Below the pieces are notes generated by a model. It ran no database searches. It had not been told where the DNA came from and saw only the letters and a program-made list of their open reading frames with translations. This document shows positions 29,209 to 41,828 of a stretch of DNA of 64,000 bases, piece after piece. Position numbers and translations under genes: made by a program. This DNA is from Cyanobacteria bacterium K_DeepCast_35m_m2_155 (GTDB taxonomy: Bacteria; Cyanobacteriota; Cyanobacteriia; PCC-6307; Cyanobiaceae): assembly GCA_016882285.1 (NCBI GenBank), contig VGQS01000001.1, positions 11,339-75,338 of the forward strand, read 5' to 3'. Each line of letters starts with the position of its first letter. Position 1 is the stretch's first letter.

Positions 29209-29430
29209 ATGCAGCCAGGGGACAAGGTCAAAGTCAGCAGCAGTGTGGTGATCTTCCACCACCCCGAGCACCGCGGACAGGCCTTCGATCTGATGGGCCA
29301 GGACGGCGAGGTGATCTCGGTGCTCAACGACTGGAAAGGCCGCCCGATCAGTCCGACCCTGCCGGTGGTCGTGGCCTTCGGCAAATTGCGCGTTCACCTG
29401 CGCAGCGATGAACTGTCTGCCTTGAGCTGA
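29209..29430 (+). CDS. ftrV: ferredoxin-thioredoxin reductase variable chain
   Basis: 73-aa ORF: MQPGDKVKVSSSVVIFHHPEHRGQAFDLMGQDGEV... Confidence 0.85.
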   Translation: MQPGDKVKVSSSVVIFHHPEHRGQAFDLMGQDGEVISVLNDWKGRPISPTLPVVVAFGKLRVHLRSDELSALS

Positions 29431-29431
29431 G

Positions 29432-30031
29432 TCACGCCAGATCAGGGCGATCGGCTGGCTCGGTCAGGGGATCCCTGAGCAGAAAAACACCTTCCTCGCC
29501 ATCAATCGCCGCCAGGGCGAGTTGGATCGATTCGTCGCGGCTTGTCGGCACAACACGGCCGCAAAAATCAGGCTGAATCGGCAGCTCCCGGTGGCCCCGG
29601 TCGACCATCGCCAGCAGCGCGACCCGTTTGGGACGCCCCCAGGCCTGCAGCGCCTCAAGCGCGGCTCGCACGGTACGGCCGGTAAAGATCACATCGTCAA
29701 CAAGCACCACATGGCGCCCGTCGATGCTGACTGGCAGGTCGGTGGGCTGGACCAGACGCGTGCCCACCCGCGCCAGATCATCGCGATACAGGGTCGGATC
29801 GAGGCTGCCGCAATCGATCGGATGCCCGCAGAGCACCGCAAGACGGGCCGCGAGCACATGGGCCAGGGCCACGCCGCGGGTGGGAATACCCAGCAGCACC
29901 AACTCCTGGCTGTGGGCCACCTCCTCCAGCACCTGAGAGGCCAGCCGATCAACCGTGCGGCGCAGATCCTCCGCAGACAACAGCTCACGGCGCTGGCGAG
30001 CACAGTCGGCTGCCCCGGCAGAAGGCGTCAC
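29432..30031 (-). CDS. pyrR: bifunctional pyrimidine operon regulator / uracil phosphoribosyltransferase
   Basis: 199-aa ORF with a GTG start. It has LVLLGIPTRGVALA and the PRPP motif VVLVDDVIFTGRTVRAAL. Confidence 0.9.
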   Translation of the reverse strand: MTPSAGAADCARQRRELLSAEDLRRTVDRLASQVLEEVAHSQELVLLGIPTRGVALAHVLAARLAVLCGHPIDCGSLDPTLYRDDLARVGTRLVQPTDLPVSIDGRHVVLVDDVIFTGRTVRAALEALQAWGRPKRVALLAMVDRGHRELPIQPDFCGRVVPTSRDESIQLALAAIDGEEGVFLLRDPLTEPADRPDLA

Positions 30032-30278
30032 GTTGCCCAGCTTGAGAGACCTGGCTCAATCTTAAGAAAAGTCGATCCAGCGATCGATGTGCCCAAAACC
30101 TGACGCAACCGGGAGCAGCGGGGATCAGGCGCAGGGCTGGGGGTAGGTTGGCTTGTGTGGAAGACGTCATGGGCGAAGCGGTTGCGATGGCTGACGACCT
30201 GCACGGCTTTGCTTCACCTTGTCCCCTCTCGGAGCGCGTGATCGGGTGAGCAGCGTGTCGTCACAACATCTCTCGACC

Positions 30279-31916
30279 ATGGGCCCGACCGCCGAGGGCA
30301 CCCAGTCCAAGGGTTGGCCTGGCAGCAACGTTGTCGCCCCCGTCGTTTTGGCGATTCTTGATGGCTGGGGCTACAGCACTCACGATGAGCACAACGCCAT
30401 CCGCAGCGCGGCGACCCCTGTGATGGATGCCCTCTGGCATGCCTATCCCCACACCCTGATCGAAGCCAGTGGAGGTGCGGTTGGTCTGCCCGACGAGCAA
30501 ATGGGCAATTCGGAGGTTGGACACCTGACGATCGGCTCGGGTCGCATCATTCGCCAGGAGCTGGTGCGCATCAGCCAGGCCGTGCGTGACGGCTCACTGG
30601 CCAGCAACGCAGCGCTCAACACCCTCGCCGACACCCTGCTGGCCAGCGGCGGCACCCTGCATCTGATCGGCCTGTGCTCCGACGGAGGCGTGCACAGCCA
30701 CATTGAACATCTGGGCGGGTTGCTGCAGTGGGCCGCCGGCCGCGGGCTGCACAAGGTCTGCATCCATGTGATCACCGATGGACGCGACACAGCTCCCGGT
30801 AGCGCTGGCAGCTTCATCCGGACCATTGAGGAGCAGATCAAAGCCGCCGGCATCGGCGTGATTGCGACCCTGTGCGGCCGCTACTGGGCCATGGACCGTG
30901 ACAACCGCTGGGAGCGCACAGAAAAGGCTTACCGCTTGCTGTGCGAACCAACGCCGATCGATGCGCGCACCCCTGCCGAGGTGCTGGAGGCCTCCTACGC
31001 CGAGGAGATCAGCGATGAATTTTTGGAACCCGTTCGCCTGGCCCCAGGGCTCATGGAAAGCGGCGATGGGGTCATCTGCTTCAACTTCAGACCCGATCGG
31101 GTGCGCCAACTGATCCGAGCCCTCGTCGTGGAGTCGTTCCAAGGCTTCACGCGTGAGCCCATCACGCCGTTGCCTGTGGTGACGTTCACCCAATACGAAA
31201 AAGGGCTGCCCGTGGCCGTTGCCTTTCCCCCTGAATCGCTGGACGGGCTGCTGGGGCAGGTGGTTTCAGAAGCGGGTCTGCGCCAGTTCCGCACCGCTGA
31301 AACAGAAAAATATCCCCATGTCACCTATTTCATGAACGGTGGCATCGAGCAGGCGTTCCCCGGCGAAGACCGGCATCTGGTGCCTTCCCCGCGCGTTGCC
31401 ACCTATGACCAGGCGCCAGCGATGTCGGCCGAGCAGCTCACCGACAACTGCATCGCTGCCATCAACAAAGGCATCTACGCGCTGGTGGTGATCAACTACG
31501 CCAACCCCGACATGGTGGGGCACACCGGTCAGATGGAGGCCACCCGCGAGGCGATTGCCATGGTCGACCGCTGCGTCGGCCGGCTGATGGAGGCCACCAA
31601 CCGCATGGGCGGCACCCTGCTGATCACGGCCGACCACGGCAATGCCGAGGTCATGGAGGGCCCCGACGGCCGCGCCTGGACCGCACACACCACCAATCCT
31701 GTGCCGGTGATCCTGGTGGAGGGAGAACAGCGCAAGCTCCCTGGTCATGGCACGGCGGTGCAGTTGCGCGACGGCGGCGGGCTTGCCGATATCGCACCAA
31801 CGTTGCTCGAAATCTTGGATTTGCCCAAACCCGAGCTGATGAGTGGCTCCAGCCTGATCCAACCGGCCGCCGCACCCGCACAAGCCAGCCGCGTTCCCCA
31901 GACCCTGGGCCTCTAG
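30279..31916 (+). CDS. gpmI: 2,3-bisphosphoglycerate-independent phosphoglycerate mutase
   Basis: Motifs [25 protein letters not shown] and ..ITADHGNAE... The ORF opens at TTG 30219, but ATG 30279 is the likely start. Confidence 0.92.
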   Translation: MGPTAEGTQSKGWPGSNVVAPVVLAILDGWGYSTHDEHNAIRSAATPVMDALWHAYPHTLIEASGGAVGLPDEQMGNSEVGHLTIGSGRIIRQELVRISQAVRDGSLASNAALNTLADTLLASGGTLHLIGLCSDGGVHSHIEHLGGLLQWAAGRGLHKVCIHVITDGRDTAPGSAGSFIRTIEEQIKAAGIGVIATLCGRYWAMDRDNRWERTEKAYRLLCEPTPIDARTPAEVLEASYAEEISDEFLEPVRLAPGLMESGDGVICFNFRPDRVRQLIRALVVESFQGFTREPITPLPVVTFTQYEKGLPVAVAFPPESLDGLLGQVVSEAGLRQFRTAETEKYPHVTYFMNGGIEQAFPGEDRHLVPSPRVATYDQAPAMSAEQLTDNCIAAINKGIYALVVINYANPDMVGHTGQMEATREAIAMVDRCVGRLMEATNRMGGTLLITADHGNAEVMEGPDGRAWTAHTTNPVPVILVEGEQRKLPGHGTAVQLRDGGGLADIAPTLLEILDLPKPELMSGSSLIQPAAAPAQASRVPQTLGL

Positions 31917-31925
31917 CATCGCCCC

Positions 31926-32156
31926 ATGCTCAGTTCGATTGCTTCATGGATCTGGATCGGCAGCGGCGTTCTGCTGATCATTTCGGTGCTGCTGCATAGC
32001 CCCAAGGGCGACGGCATGGGCGGTCTGGCAGCCAGCGGCGGCTCCATGTTCAGCAGCGCCCGCAGCGCCGAGCAGACCCTCAACCGCATCAGCTGGACGT
32101 TGCTGGCCATCTTCCTGGCCCTGGCGGTGGTGCTCAGCGCCGGTTGGCTCAAGTAA
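31926..32156 (+). CDS. secG: preprotein translocase subunit SecG
   Basis: 76-aa ORF with two TM segments and ..LLHSPKGDGMGGLAASGG... Confidence 0.85.
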   Translation: MLSSIASWIWIGSGVLLIISVLLHSPKGDGMGGLAASGGSMFSSARSAEQTLNRISWTLLAIFLALAVVLSAGWLK

Positions 32157-32181
32157 GCCGGCCCAGCGCCCCTGCCATGCC

Positions 32182-32676
32182 ATGACGATGGGCCGACGTT
32201 CCCTGCTCTCGAGCCTGCCCGCAGGGCTGGCCGCCTTGCTTGGCCTGCCCAACCCCGCCGAAGCTGCCAGCAAGGCCGCCGACCCGGCCTGGAACCTGAG
32301 CGACGCCCAGTGGAAAGCGCGCCTGAGCCCAGCCGCTTATCAGGTGCTGCGCAAAGAAGGCACGGAGCGTCCCTTCAGCAGCCCGCTCAACAGCGAAAAG
32401 CGCAGCGGGACCTACCACTGCGCCGGCTGCGACCTGCCCCTGTTCAGCTCCAAGGCCAAGTACGACAGCGGCACTGGCTGGCCCAGCTTCTGGCAACCCC
32501 TGCCCGGGGCTCTGGGAACCCAGTTGGATTTCAAATTGATCGTGCCCCGCACCGAATACCACTGCAAACGCTGCGGCGGCCACCAGGGGCATGTGTTTGG
32601 TGATGGCCCCAAGCCCACCGGCAAGCGCTACTGCAGCAACGGCGTGGCGCTGAGCTTCAAGCCCGGCAAGGGCTGA
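32182..32676 (+). CDS. msrB: peptide-methionine (R)-S-oxide reductase with an N-terminal export signal
   Basis: Zinc CxxC pairs (HCAGCDLPLF and YHCKRCGGHQGHVF) and the GTGWPSF motif. The N-terminus MTMGRRSLLSSLPAGLAALLGLPNPAEA looks like a twin-arginine/Sec signal. Confidence 0.88.
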   Translation: MTMGRRSLLSSLPAGLAALLGLPNPAEAASKAADPAWNLSDAQWKARLSPAAYQVLRKEGTERPFSSPLNSEKRSGTYHCAGCDLPLFSSKAKYDSGTGWPSFWQPLPGALGTQLDFKLIVPRTEYHCKRCGGHQGHVFGDGPKPTGKRYCSNGVALSFKPGKG

Positions 32677-32761
32677 GCGCTGACCGCAAAGGCCTTCCGA
32701 ACGTCGGGGCCTGCGGCGAGCGCCTGGTTGACATCGCCCCATCCCGTTCTGCAGCGGACCA

Positions 32762-32787
32762 TAAAAAAGCGCCCCCGTGGGGGCGCT
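32762..32787 (-). terminator. rho-independent terminator after groEL
   Basis: The minus strand reads agcgccccc-ac-gggggcgct followed by tttttt, about 50 nt after the groEL stop. Confidence 0.8.
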
Positions 32788-32835
32788 GGGTGTGGGATCT
32801 GAAAAATCGGGATCCGACGACGATCTCGAAGGAGA

Positions 32836-34536
<1,701 letters not shown>

Positions 34537-34566
34537 TCAGAGGCGATCAGCGCTTGCCTACCGGGT

Positions 34567-34878
34567 TCAGCTGACGACGGCGAGGATGTCCTTCTCGGAC
34601 AGCAGCACGTACTCATCGGTGCCGAGCTTGATGTCGGTTCCGGCGTACTTGCTGTAGAGGACCTTGTCGCCGATGCTGACTTCGGGAGCCTGACGGCTGC
34701 CGTCGTCGTTGCGCTTGCCGGGGCCCACCTGGACCACTTCACCCACCTGGGGCTTTTCTTTGGCGGTGTCAGGAAGCAGGATGCCGCCGGCGGTTTTTTC
34801 CTCCGACTCGGACACCTTGATGAAGATGCGATCTCCCAGCGGTTTGACCGTGGAGACGCTGAGGGAAACAGCTGCCAT
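34567..34878 (-). CDS. groES: co-chaperonin GroES
   Basis: [49 protein letters not shown]... The start is set at the internal ATG 34878. The ORF extension to 34947 is not credible. Confidence 0.95.
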   Translation of the reverse strand: MAAVSLSVSTVKPLGDRIFIKVSESEEKTAGGILLPDTAKEKPQVGEVVQVGPGKRNDDGSRQAPEVSIGDKVLYSKYAGTDIKLGTDEYVLLSEKDILAVVS

Positions 34879-34940
34879 TGGATCGAGGCGTGAATGACGT
34901 GCAAGGGGTGGCGCCTGTGGCGCCGCGGGAAGAGGCCGAC

Positions 34941-34967
34941 CTGGCACTCCAACCCGTTGAGTGCCAA
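34941..34967. promoter_or_regulatory. CIRCE operator (HrcA binding site) upstream of groES-groEL
   Basis: CTGGCACTC-N9-GAGTGCCAA compared with the consensus TTAGCACTC-N9-GAGTGCTAA. It lies 63-89 nt upstream of the groES start. Confidence 0.8.
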
Positions 34968-35050
34968 CTTATGAGCCCGCCATCTGTGCTGGCCAGGGGG
35001 CTTCTGTGCGGGTGACCGAACCCGGACCCAGGCGGGGGTCGCGGTGGTAA

Positions 35051-36571
<1,521 letters not shown>

Positions 36572-36596
36572 TCAAGGCTGATCGGATCTCCCCACC

Positions 36597-37001
36597 ATGA
36601 CACTCACACTGCGCGTTCTCGCCCCGGATCAAAGCGTCTTTGATGGCGCTGCCGATGAGGTGATTTTGCCCAGCACCTCTGGGCAACTGGGTATTCTCAC
36701 GGGCCATGTGTCGATGCTGACTGCACTCGACAGTGGTGTGGTCCGGGTGCGCGAGGGCAACGCCTGGTCATCCATTGCCGTGATGGGTGGCTTTGCCGAA
36801 GTCGAAGACAATGCGGTCACCGTTCTTGTCAACGCCGCTGAACTGGGCAGCGCCATCAACGCCGCTGCGGCTGAGTCTGATTTCGAATCGGCTCAACAAG
36901 CAGCTGCGGCGTTTGACGGCCAACCCACCTCAGCCGAGAAGGTCAAAGCTCAGCAGGCACTTGCCCAGGCCAGAGCCCGGCTTCAAGCCAGCCAGGCCTG
37001 A
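36597..37001 (+). CDS. atpC: F1 ATP synthase epsilon subunit
   Basis: 134-aa ORF: [37 protein letters not shown]... Confidence 0.92.
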   Translation: MTLTLRVLAPDQSVFDGAADEVILPSTSGQLGILTGHVSMLTALDSGVVRVREGNAWSSIAVMGGFAEVEDNAVTVLVNAAELGSAINAAAAESDFESAQQAAAAFDGQPTSAEKVKAQQALAQARARLQASQA

Positions 37002-37047
37002 GAACGGGGCAGTCCAACCCCTCAACCACAACCAATTCTGCAACGAC

Positions 37048-37080
37048 AAGCCCTGGCCAAGCGGTCAGGGCTTTGTTGTG
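37048..37080 (+). terminator. candidate terminator after atpC (epsilon)
   Basis: aagccctg-gccaagcggt-cagggctt followed by a T-rich tgttgtg. The T-tract is weak. Confidence 0.45.
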
Positions 37081-37083
37081 CGG

Positions 37084-37117
37084 GGTTGTTCTGCAGCACG
37101 TGTTCTGCAGAACAACC
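37084..37117. repeat. perfect 13-bp inverted repeat (GGTTGTTCTGCAG / CTGCAGAACAACC) with an 8-nt spacer
   Basis: Read directly from the sequence. It lies between the atpC and PSRP-3 terminator hairpins. Function unknown. Confidence 0.9.
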
Positions 37118-37120
37118 GAC

Positions 37121-37150
37121 AAAAAAATCCCCTGATCGATGATCAGGGGA
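37121..37150 (-). terminator. rho-independent terminator after the PSRP-3 gene
   Basis: The minus strand reads tcccctgatc-atc-gatcagggga followed by ttttttt, about 25 nt after the stop at 37174. Confidence 0.75.
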
Positions 37151-37173
37151 TTGGGGACAAGACACGGTGCAAG

Positions 37174-37680
<507 letters not shown>

Positions 37681-37770
37681 TCAGCCCACTAACCTACCAG
37701 CCGCACTGCCTGGCTTCCGCTGCCGCTCTCGACCCGCCCCCGCGCCCTGCTGCTGCTCGACATCGACGGG

Positions 37771-38520
37771 GTGATCCGCGATGTCGGCGGCAGTTACCGC
37801 CGAGCCCTGGCCGAAACGGTGCATCACTACAGCGGTTGGCGCCCCGATCCAGCCACGATCGACAGCCTTAAAAGTGAGGGGCTCTGGAACAACGACTGGG
37901 AGGCGAGCCTGGAGCTGCTCAGGCGCCGAGCTCTAGCTCCTCTGCCGGCTTTTGATGCGCTGGTCGAGGTGTTCAGCAGCTTTTACTTTGGCGGCGATCC
38001 CGCTGGTGATCCCGCCAGATGGACTGGCTTCATTGGCGATGAGCCGTTGTTGGTGAGTCGCAGCTTCTTTGCCGAGCTGGATGCCGCCGGCATCGCCTGG
38101 GGTTTTGTGAGCGGGGCCGAGCCACCCTCAGCACGCTTTGTGTTGGAGCAGCGCCTTGGGCTGCAGGCACCTCCGCTGATCGCCATGGGCGACGCCCCCG
38201 ACAAACCGGATCCCACAGGCCTGCTGCAGCTGGCCACCCAAGTGCTGCAGCACCACGGCATCGACACCCTGGGAGCCGGGGCGCCCCCCGTTGCCTACCT
38301 GGGCGACACCGTGGCCGATGTGCAGACCGTGGTGAACGCGCGTCTGGCGGCTGCCGATCAACCCTTCATCAGCCTGGCCGTGGCCCCGCCGCACCTGCAT
38401 GGTCGAGAGCTCATGGAGGCGCGGGCAAGCTACGAGCATCAGTTGCAACAATGCGGCGCTGACCTCGTGCTTGGCCGCACCAGCGATGCCCTGCGGCAGC
38501 TCCAGACCATGCTGGGCTGA
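37771..38520 (+). CDS. HAD-superfamily hydrolase; the true 5' end must lie upstream of the listed GTG
   Basis: 249-aa ORF with HAD motifs (..WGFVSGAEP.., ..GDAPDKPDP.., ..YLGDTVADV..). The in-frame upstream codons read RALLLLDIDGV (HAD motif I). No ATG, GTG or TTG precedes them after the TAA at 37690-37692. Confidence 0.7.
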   Translation: MIRDVGGSYRRALAETVHHYSGWRPDPATIDSLKSEGLWNNDWEASLELLRRRALAPLPAFDALVEVFSSFYFGGDPAGDPARWTGFIGDEPLLVSRSFFAELDAAGIAWGFVSGAEPPSARFVLEQRLGLQAPPLIAMGDAPDKPDPTGLLQLATQVLQHHGIDTLGAGAPPVAYLGDTVADVQTVVNARLAAADQPFISLAVAPPHLHGRELMEARASYEHQLQQCGADLVLGRTSDALRQLQTMLG

Positions 38521-38537
38521 TGATGGCTATGGCTGGA

Positions 38538-39884
38538 TTAACGCTCCATCGCTGACGTAGCCTTGAGCGCTGCGGCGGTGAGCACCTCATGGCCGCGCTC
38601 GCTGACGGCCACATCGTCTTCGATGCGGATGCCGATGCCCTTCCAGCGCTCAGCGACCGCGGGCTGCCCTTCGGGAACGGGCAGGCGGTCGCTCACATAC
38701 AGCCCTGGCTCCACCGTGAGCACCATGCCCGGCTCAAGGGTCACATGGTGCTCACCCAGGCGGTAGGCGCCCACATCGTGCACATCGAGCCCCAGCCAAT
38801 GGCCGGTGCGGTGCATATAGAGGTGCCGGTAGGCGCCCTGCTCGATCAGTCCGTCGCGCTCACCGACCAGCAGACCCAGCTCCACCAGGCCGGCCACCAG
38901 CACCCGCAGCGCCGTCTCATGCACCCCTTCAGCGGTGAACCCCGGCGCCACTGCAGCGACCGCTGCCTCCTGGGCCGCCAACACCAGCTCATAGAGAGCG
39001 CGCTGCTCGCCCGTGAAACGACCATCGACCGGAAAGGTGCGGGTGATATCGCCGTTGTAGTAGTCGCTGAGCGAACAGCCCGCATCGATCAACAGCAGCT
39101 CGCCGCCGTTCAGCACGGCGTTGTTGGCCGTGTAATGCAGCACGCAGGCGTTATCACCGCCCGCCACGATCGAGCCATAGGCAGGCCCGCGCGCGCCCTG
39201 CTCCAGAAAATGCTGCTCGATCACCGCCTGCACCTGCCGCTCAGACAGCCCGGGTCTGGCCACCTGCCGGGCCAGCTCATGGGCCTCGGCCGAAATGCGC
39301 GCCGCCTCACGCAGGCGTTCGAGTTCTTCGGGTTGCTTGCGCAGGCGCAGCTCGTGCAGCAGCGCATCGGGTGCCACCAAACCCAGGGCGGCATGGCCGT
39401 TGCGGGGCGCACGATCGAGCTGGCCAGCCCAGGCGGCAATCACCAAGGGCTCGACTTTGGGGTGTTTGCCGACGCGAAAGGCAATGCCATCAGCGCCCTT
39501 GAGGTAGTCGGCCAGACGCTGGGGAAGCTGCTCAATCGGGTGGGCCAGATCGGCGCCAAAGCGCTCGACCGCCCCCTCGGTGCCCCAACGAAAGCCATGC
39601 CACACCTCTGATGTGGCCTCGCGAGGCTGCACAAACAGCACAAAGCGCTCGCCCTCAGGGCGATGGGGCAGCAGCAGGGCCACCGCATCGGGCTCATCAA
39701 AGCCGGTGAGGTACCAGAAGTCGCTGTTCTGACGGAACGGCCACTCGCAGTCGGCATGGTGAACCGCCAGCGGAGCCGCCGGAATCACCGCTGCTGCCCC
39801 GCCCAGGCCCTCGAGGAAACGGGCACGCCGCTGGGCAAACACGGCCGGCTGAGTCAGGGCATCCAAGGCGGGGGAGGTCGGCAT
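38538..39884 (-). CDS. pepP: Xaa-Pro aminopeptidase (aminopeptidase P)
   Basis: 448-aa ORF with ..YRQNSDFWYLTGF-type motif (FRQNSDFWYLTGFDEPDAV), the M24 metal ligands ..LIDAGC..YNGDITRT.., HRTGHWLGLDVHD and ..VEPG..IRIEDD... Confidence 0.92.
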   Translation of the reverse strand: MPTSPALDALTQPAVFAQRRARFLEGLGGAAAVIPAAPLAVHHADCEWPFRQNSDFWYLTGFDEPDAVALLLPHRPEGERFVLFVQPREATSEVWHGFRWGTEGAVERFGADLAHPIEQLPQRLADYLKGADGIAFRVGKHPKVEPLVIAAWAGQLDRAPRNGHAALGLVAPDALLHELRLRKQPEELERLREAARISAEAHELARQVARPGLSERQVQAVIEQHFLEQGARGPAYGSIVAGGDNACVLHYTANNAVLNGGELLLIDAGCSLSDYYNGDITRTFPVDGRFTGEQRALYELVLAAQEAAVAAVAPGFTAEGVHETALRVLVAGLVELGLLVGERDGLIEQGAYRHLYMHRTGHWLGLDVHDVGAYRLGEHHVTLEPGMVLTVEPGLYVSDRLPVPEGQPAVAERWKGIGIRIEDDVAVSERGHEVLTAAALKATSAMER

Positions 39885-41247
39885 GCACCCATTCCTACGG
39901 CAAACTCAGCTTGTCTGCGCTGCGGCACCGCCGTTGGCCACGGTCCCCTCCACCCCTGAGCGCTGCCGTCTGCTGCTGGCGCAATGGCGCAGCTCGCTGC
40001 AGCTGGGCGCGCGCGAACGCGGGCTGCTGGGTGGGCAGCTGCGGCTGCTCGATGCCCAGCTCGAACGGCTGCAGCAGGGCCGGTTGCGACTGGCCGTGTT
40101 CGGCCGCGTGGGGGTAGGCAAATCGAGCCTGCTCAATGCCCTGCTGGGCCACGACCGCTTTGCCACCGACGTGGCCCATGGCAGCACCCGGCGTCAACAG
40201 CTCGAGAGCTGGCCCCAGCCGATCGATGGCCTGCGCGCAGTGGAGCTGGTCGACACCCCTGGCATCGATGAGATCGCTGCAGCCGGCAGGGCTCGGCTGG
40301 CCTCGCGGCTGGCCCTGCACGCCGATCTGGTGCTGCTGGTGCTCGATGGCGATCTGACCCGGGTTGAGCTTGACGCGCTCGAGCAGCTGGCAGCCAGCGG
40401 CAAACCGCTGCTGCTGGTACTCAACCGCTGCGACTGCTGGAGCGACACCCAGCAGCAGGAGCTGCTGGGCAGCATTCGCCGGCGGCTGCCGGCTGATCTC
40501 AGCACAATTGAGATCGTGCCGGTGGCCGCAGCACCGCGCCAACCGACCCTGCTGAGCGATGGGCGGGTGCGCAGCACCACCACGGCACCGCGCATCAGCC
40601 GGCTACGCCAAACCCTAGTAGCGCTGCTCAACGAACAGGGTCAGCTGATGCTGGCCCTGGGGGCGCTGAGCAGTGCCGATCGCTTTCACCGGGTCCTGCA
40701 CGAAGGGCGGCTGCGGCAGGGCCGCCAGCAGGCCCAGAGCCTGATCGGCCGCTTTGCCGCCCTCAAGGCCACAGGCGTGGCGGCCAACCCGTTGCTGCTG
40801 CTCGATCTGGCGGGCGGCATCGCCTGCGACACCGCCCTGGTGCTGCAGCTGTGCCGGCTGTATGGGCTGCCCATGCACAGCCAGGGGGCCCGCGATCTGC
40901 TGGGCCGGCTTTCGGGCCACAACGCCCTGCTGGGCGGCGTGCAGCTGGGTCTGCAGGCGCTGCTGGGCGGCTTGCGCCAGCTGTTGCTGCTGGCTGCGCC
41001 CTTCAGCGGCGGGCTGAGCCTGGCACCGGCGGCACCGGTGGCCCTGGCGCAGGCCGCGCTGGCGGTGCACACGACCCGCCGCACCGGTGAGCTGGCCGCC
41101 GCCGAACTGCTCAAGACCAGCCAGCGCGGGCCCAAACCCGGCGCCCTGCTGGCCCGCCTGGCGCGCCATGACCCGGCGGCCCGGGCCTGGTTGCAGTGCT
41201 GGCAGCCGCCGGGGGCCAGCACACCCCTGCGCACGCTGCTGCCTTGA
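39883..41247 (+). CDS. GTP-binding protein with a C-terminal DUF697-like membrane-associated domain
   Basis: 454-aa ORF. G1 is GRVGVGKSSLLNAL, G3 is VDTPGIDE and G4 is LNRCD. The C-terminal half is hydrophobic and Ala/Leu-rich. The start is uncertain because its ATG overlaps the pepP ATG on the opposite strand. Confidence 0.75.
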   Translation: MHPFLRQTQLVCAAAPPLATVPSTPERCRLLLAQWRSSLQLGARERGLLGGQLRLLDAQLERLQQGRLRLAVFGRVGVGKSSLLNALLGHDRFATDVAHGSTRRQQLESWPQPIDGLRAVELVDTPGIDEIAAAGRARLASRLALHADLVLLVLDGDLTRVELDALEQLAASGKPLLLVLNRCDCWSDTQQQELLGSIRRRLPADLSTIEIVPVAAAPRQPTLLSDGRVRSTTTAPRISRLRQTLVALLNEQGQLMLALGALSSADRFHRVLHEGRLRQGRQQAQSLIGRFAALKATGVAANPLLLLDLAGGIACDTALVLQLCRLYGLPMHSQGARDLLGRLSGHNALLGGVQLGLQALLGGLRQLLLLAAPFSGGLSLAPAAPVALAQAALAVHTTRRTGELAAAELLKTSQRGPKPGALLARLARHDPAARAWLQCWQPPGASTPLRTLLP

Positions 41248-41825
41248 GTGAGGCCATTGCCCTGTTTGGCACCAGCGCCGACCCGCCGACGCTGGGGCAC
41301 CAGACGCTGCTGGAGCACGTGCTCGAGCACTACCCGCGCGTGATCACCTGGGCGAGCGACAACCCCCACAAGCGCCACGGGGCAACGCTGGACCAGCGCG
41401 AGCAACTGCTGGCGGCCGTGGTGCAGAGCATCGACAACCCCAGGCTCGAGCTGAGACAGGAGCTCAGCAGCCCCTGGGCGATCACCACCCTGGAGCGGGC
41501 ACAACAACTGTGGCCCAACGCGGCGCTGGTGTTTGTGATCGGCAGCGACCTGGTGCCCCAGATTTTGCAGTGGCGCCAGGCACAGGAGGTGCTGCGGCGC
41601 GCGCAGATCACCGTGGTGCCGCGGGCTGGTTGTCCCCTGCAATCCGACGCGGTGCAAGCGTTGCGCGCCCAAGGGGCACAGGTGGCAGTGCTGGAGCTGC
41701 CCATCCCCGCCACAGCCAGCAGCAACCTGCGCCAGAACCCCAGCCCCGATCAACTGCCAGCTGCCGTGTGGGCCCTGATCCGGGAGCACAATCTCTATGG
41801 CGCAACCAGCGACGCGCGCAGCTAG
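41244..41825 (+). CDS. nadD: nicotinate-nucleotide adenylyltransferase
   Basis: IALFGTSADPPTLGHQTLLEHV is the (H/T)xGH nucleotidyltransferase motif. The likely TTG start at 41244 overlaps the GTPase stop. The ORF opens at 41196. Confidence 0.82.
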   Translation: MSEAIALFGTSADPPTLGHQTLLEHVLEHYPRVITWASDNPHKRHGATLDQREQLLAAVVQSIDNPRLELRQELSSPWAITTLERAQQLWPNAALVFVIGSDLVPQILQWRQAQEVLRRAQITVVPRAGCPLQSDAVQALRAQGAQVAVLELPIPATASSNLRQNPSPDQLPAAVWALIREHNLYGATSDARS

Positions 41826-41828
41826 CCC

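Noticed and set aside
30215-30250. Possible PyrR-binding RNA motif upstream of pyrR. The minus strand reads CUCCGAGAGGGGA, reminiscent of the UCCAGAGAGG loop.
   Set aside because: The match is imperfect (one base is missing from the core). It lies about 200 nt upstream of the pyrR start, and I could not draw the flanking stem of the known binding hairpin. The hairpin right before the pyrR GTG (CCAG-GUCUCUCAAG-CUGG) also lacks the motif. This needs a covariance-model scan before it can be claimed.
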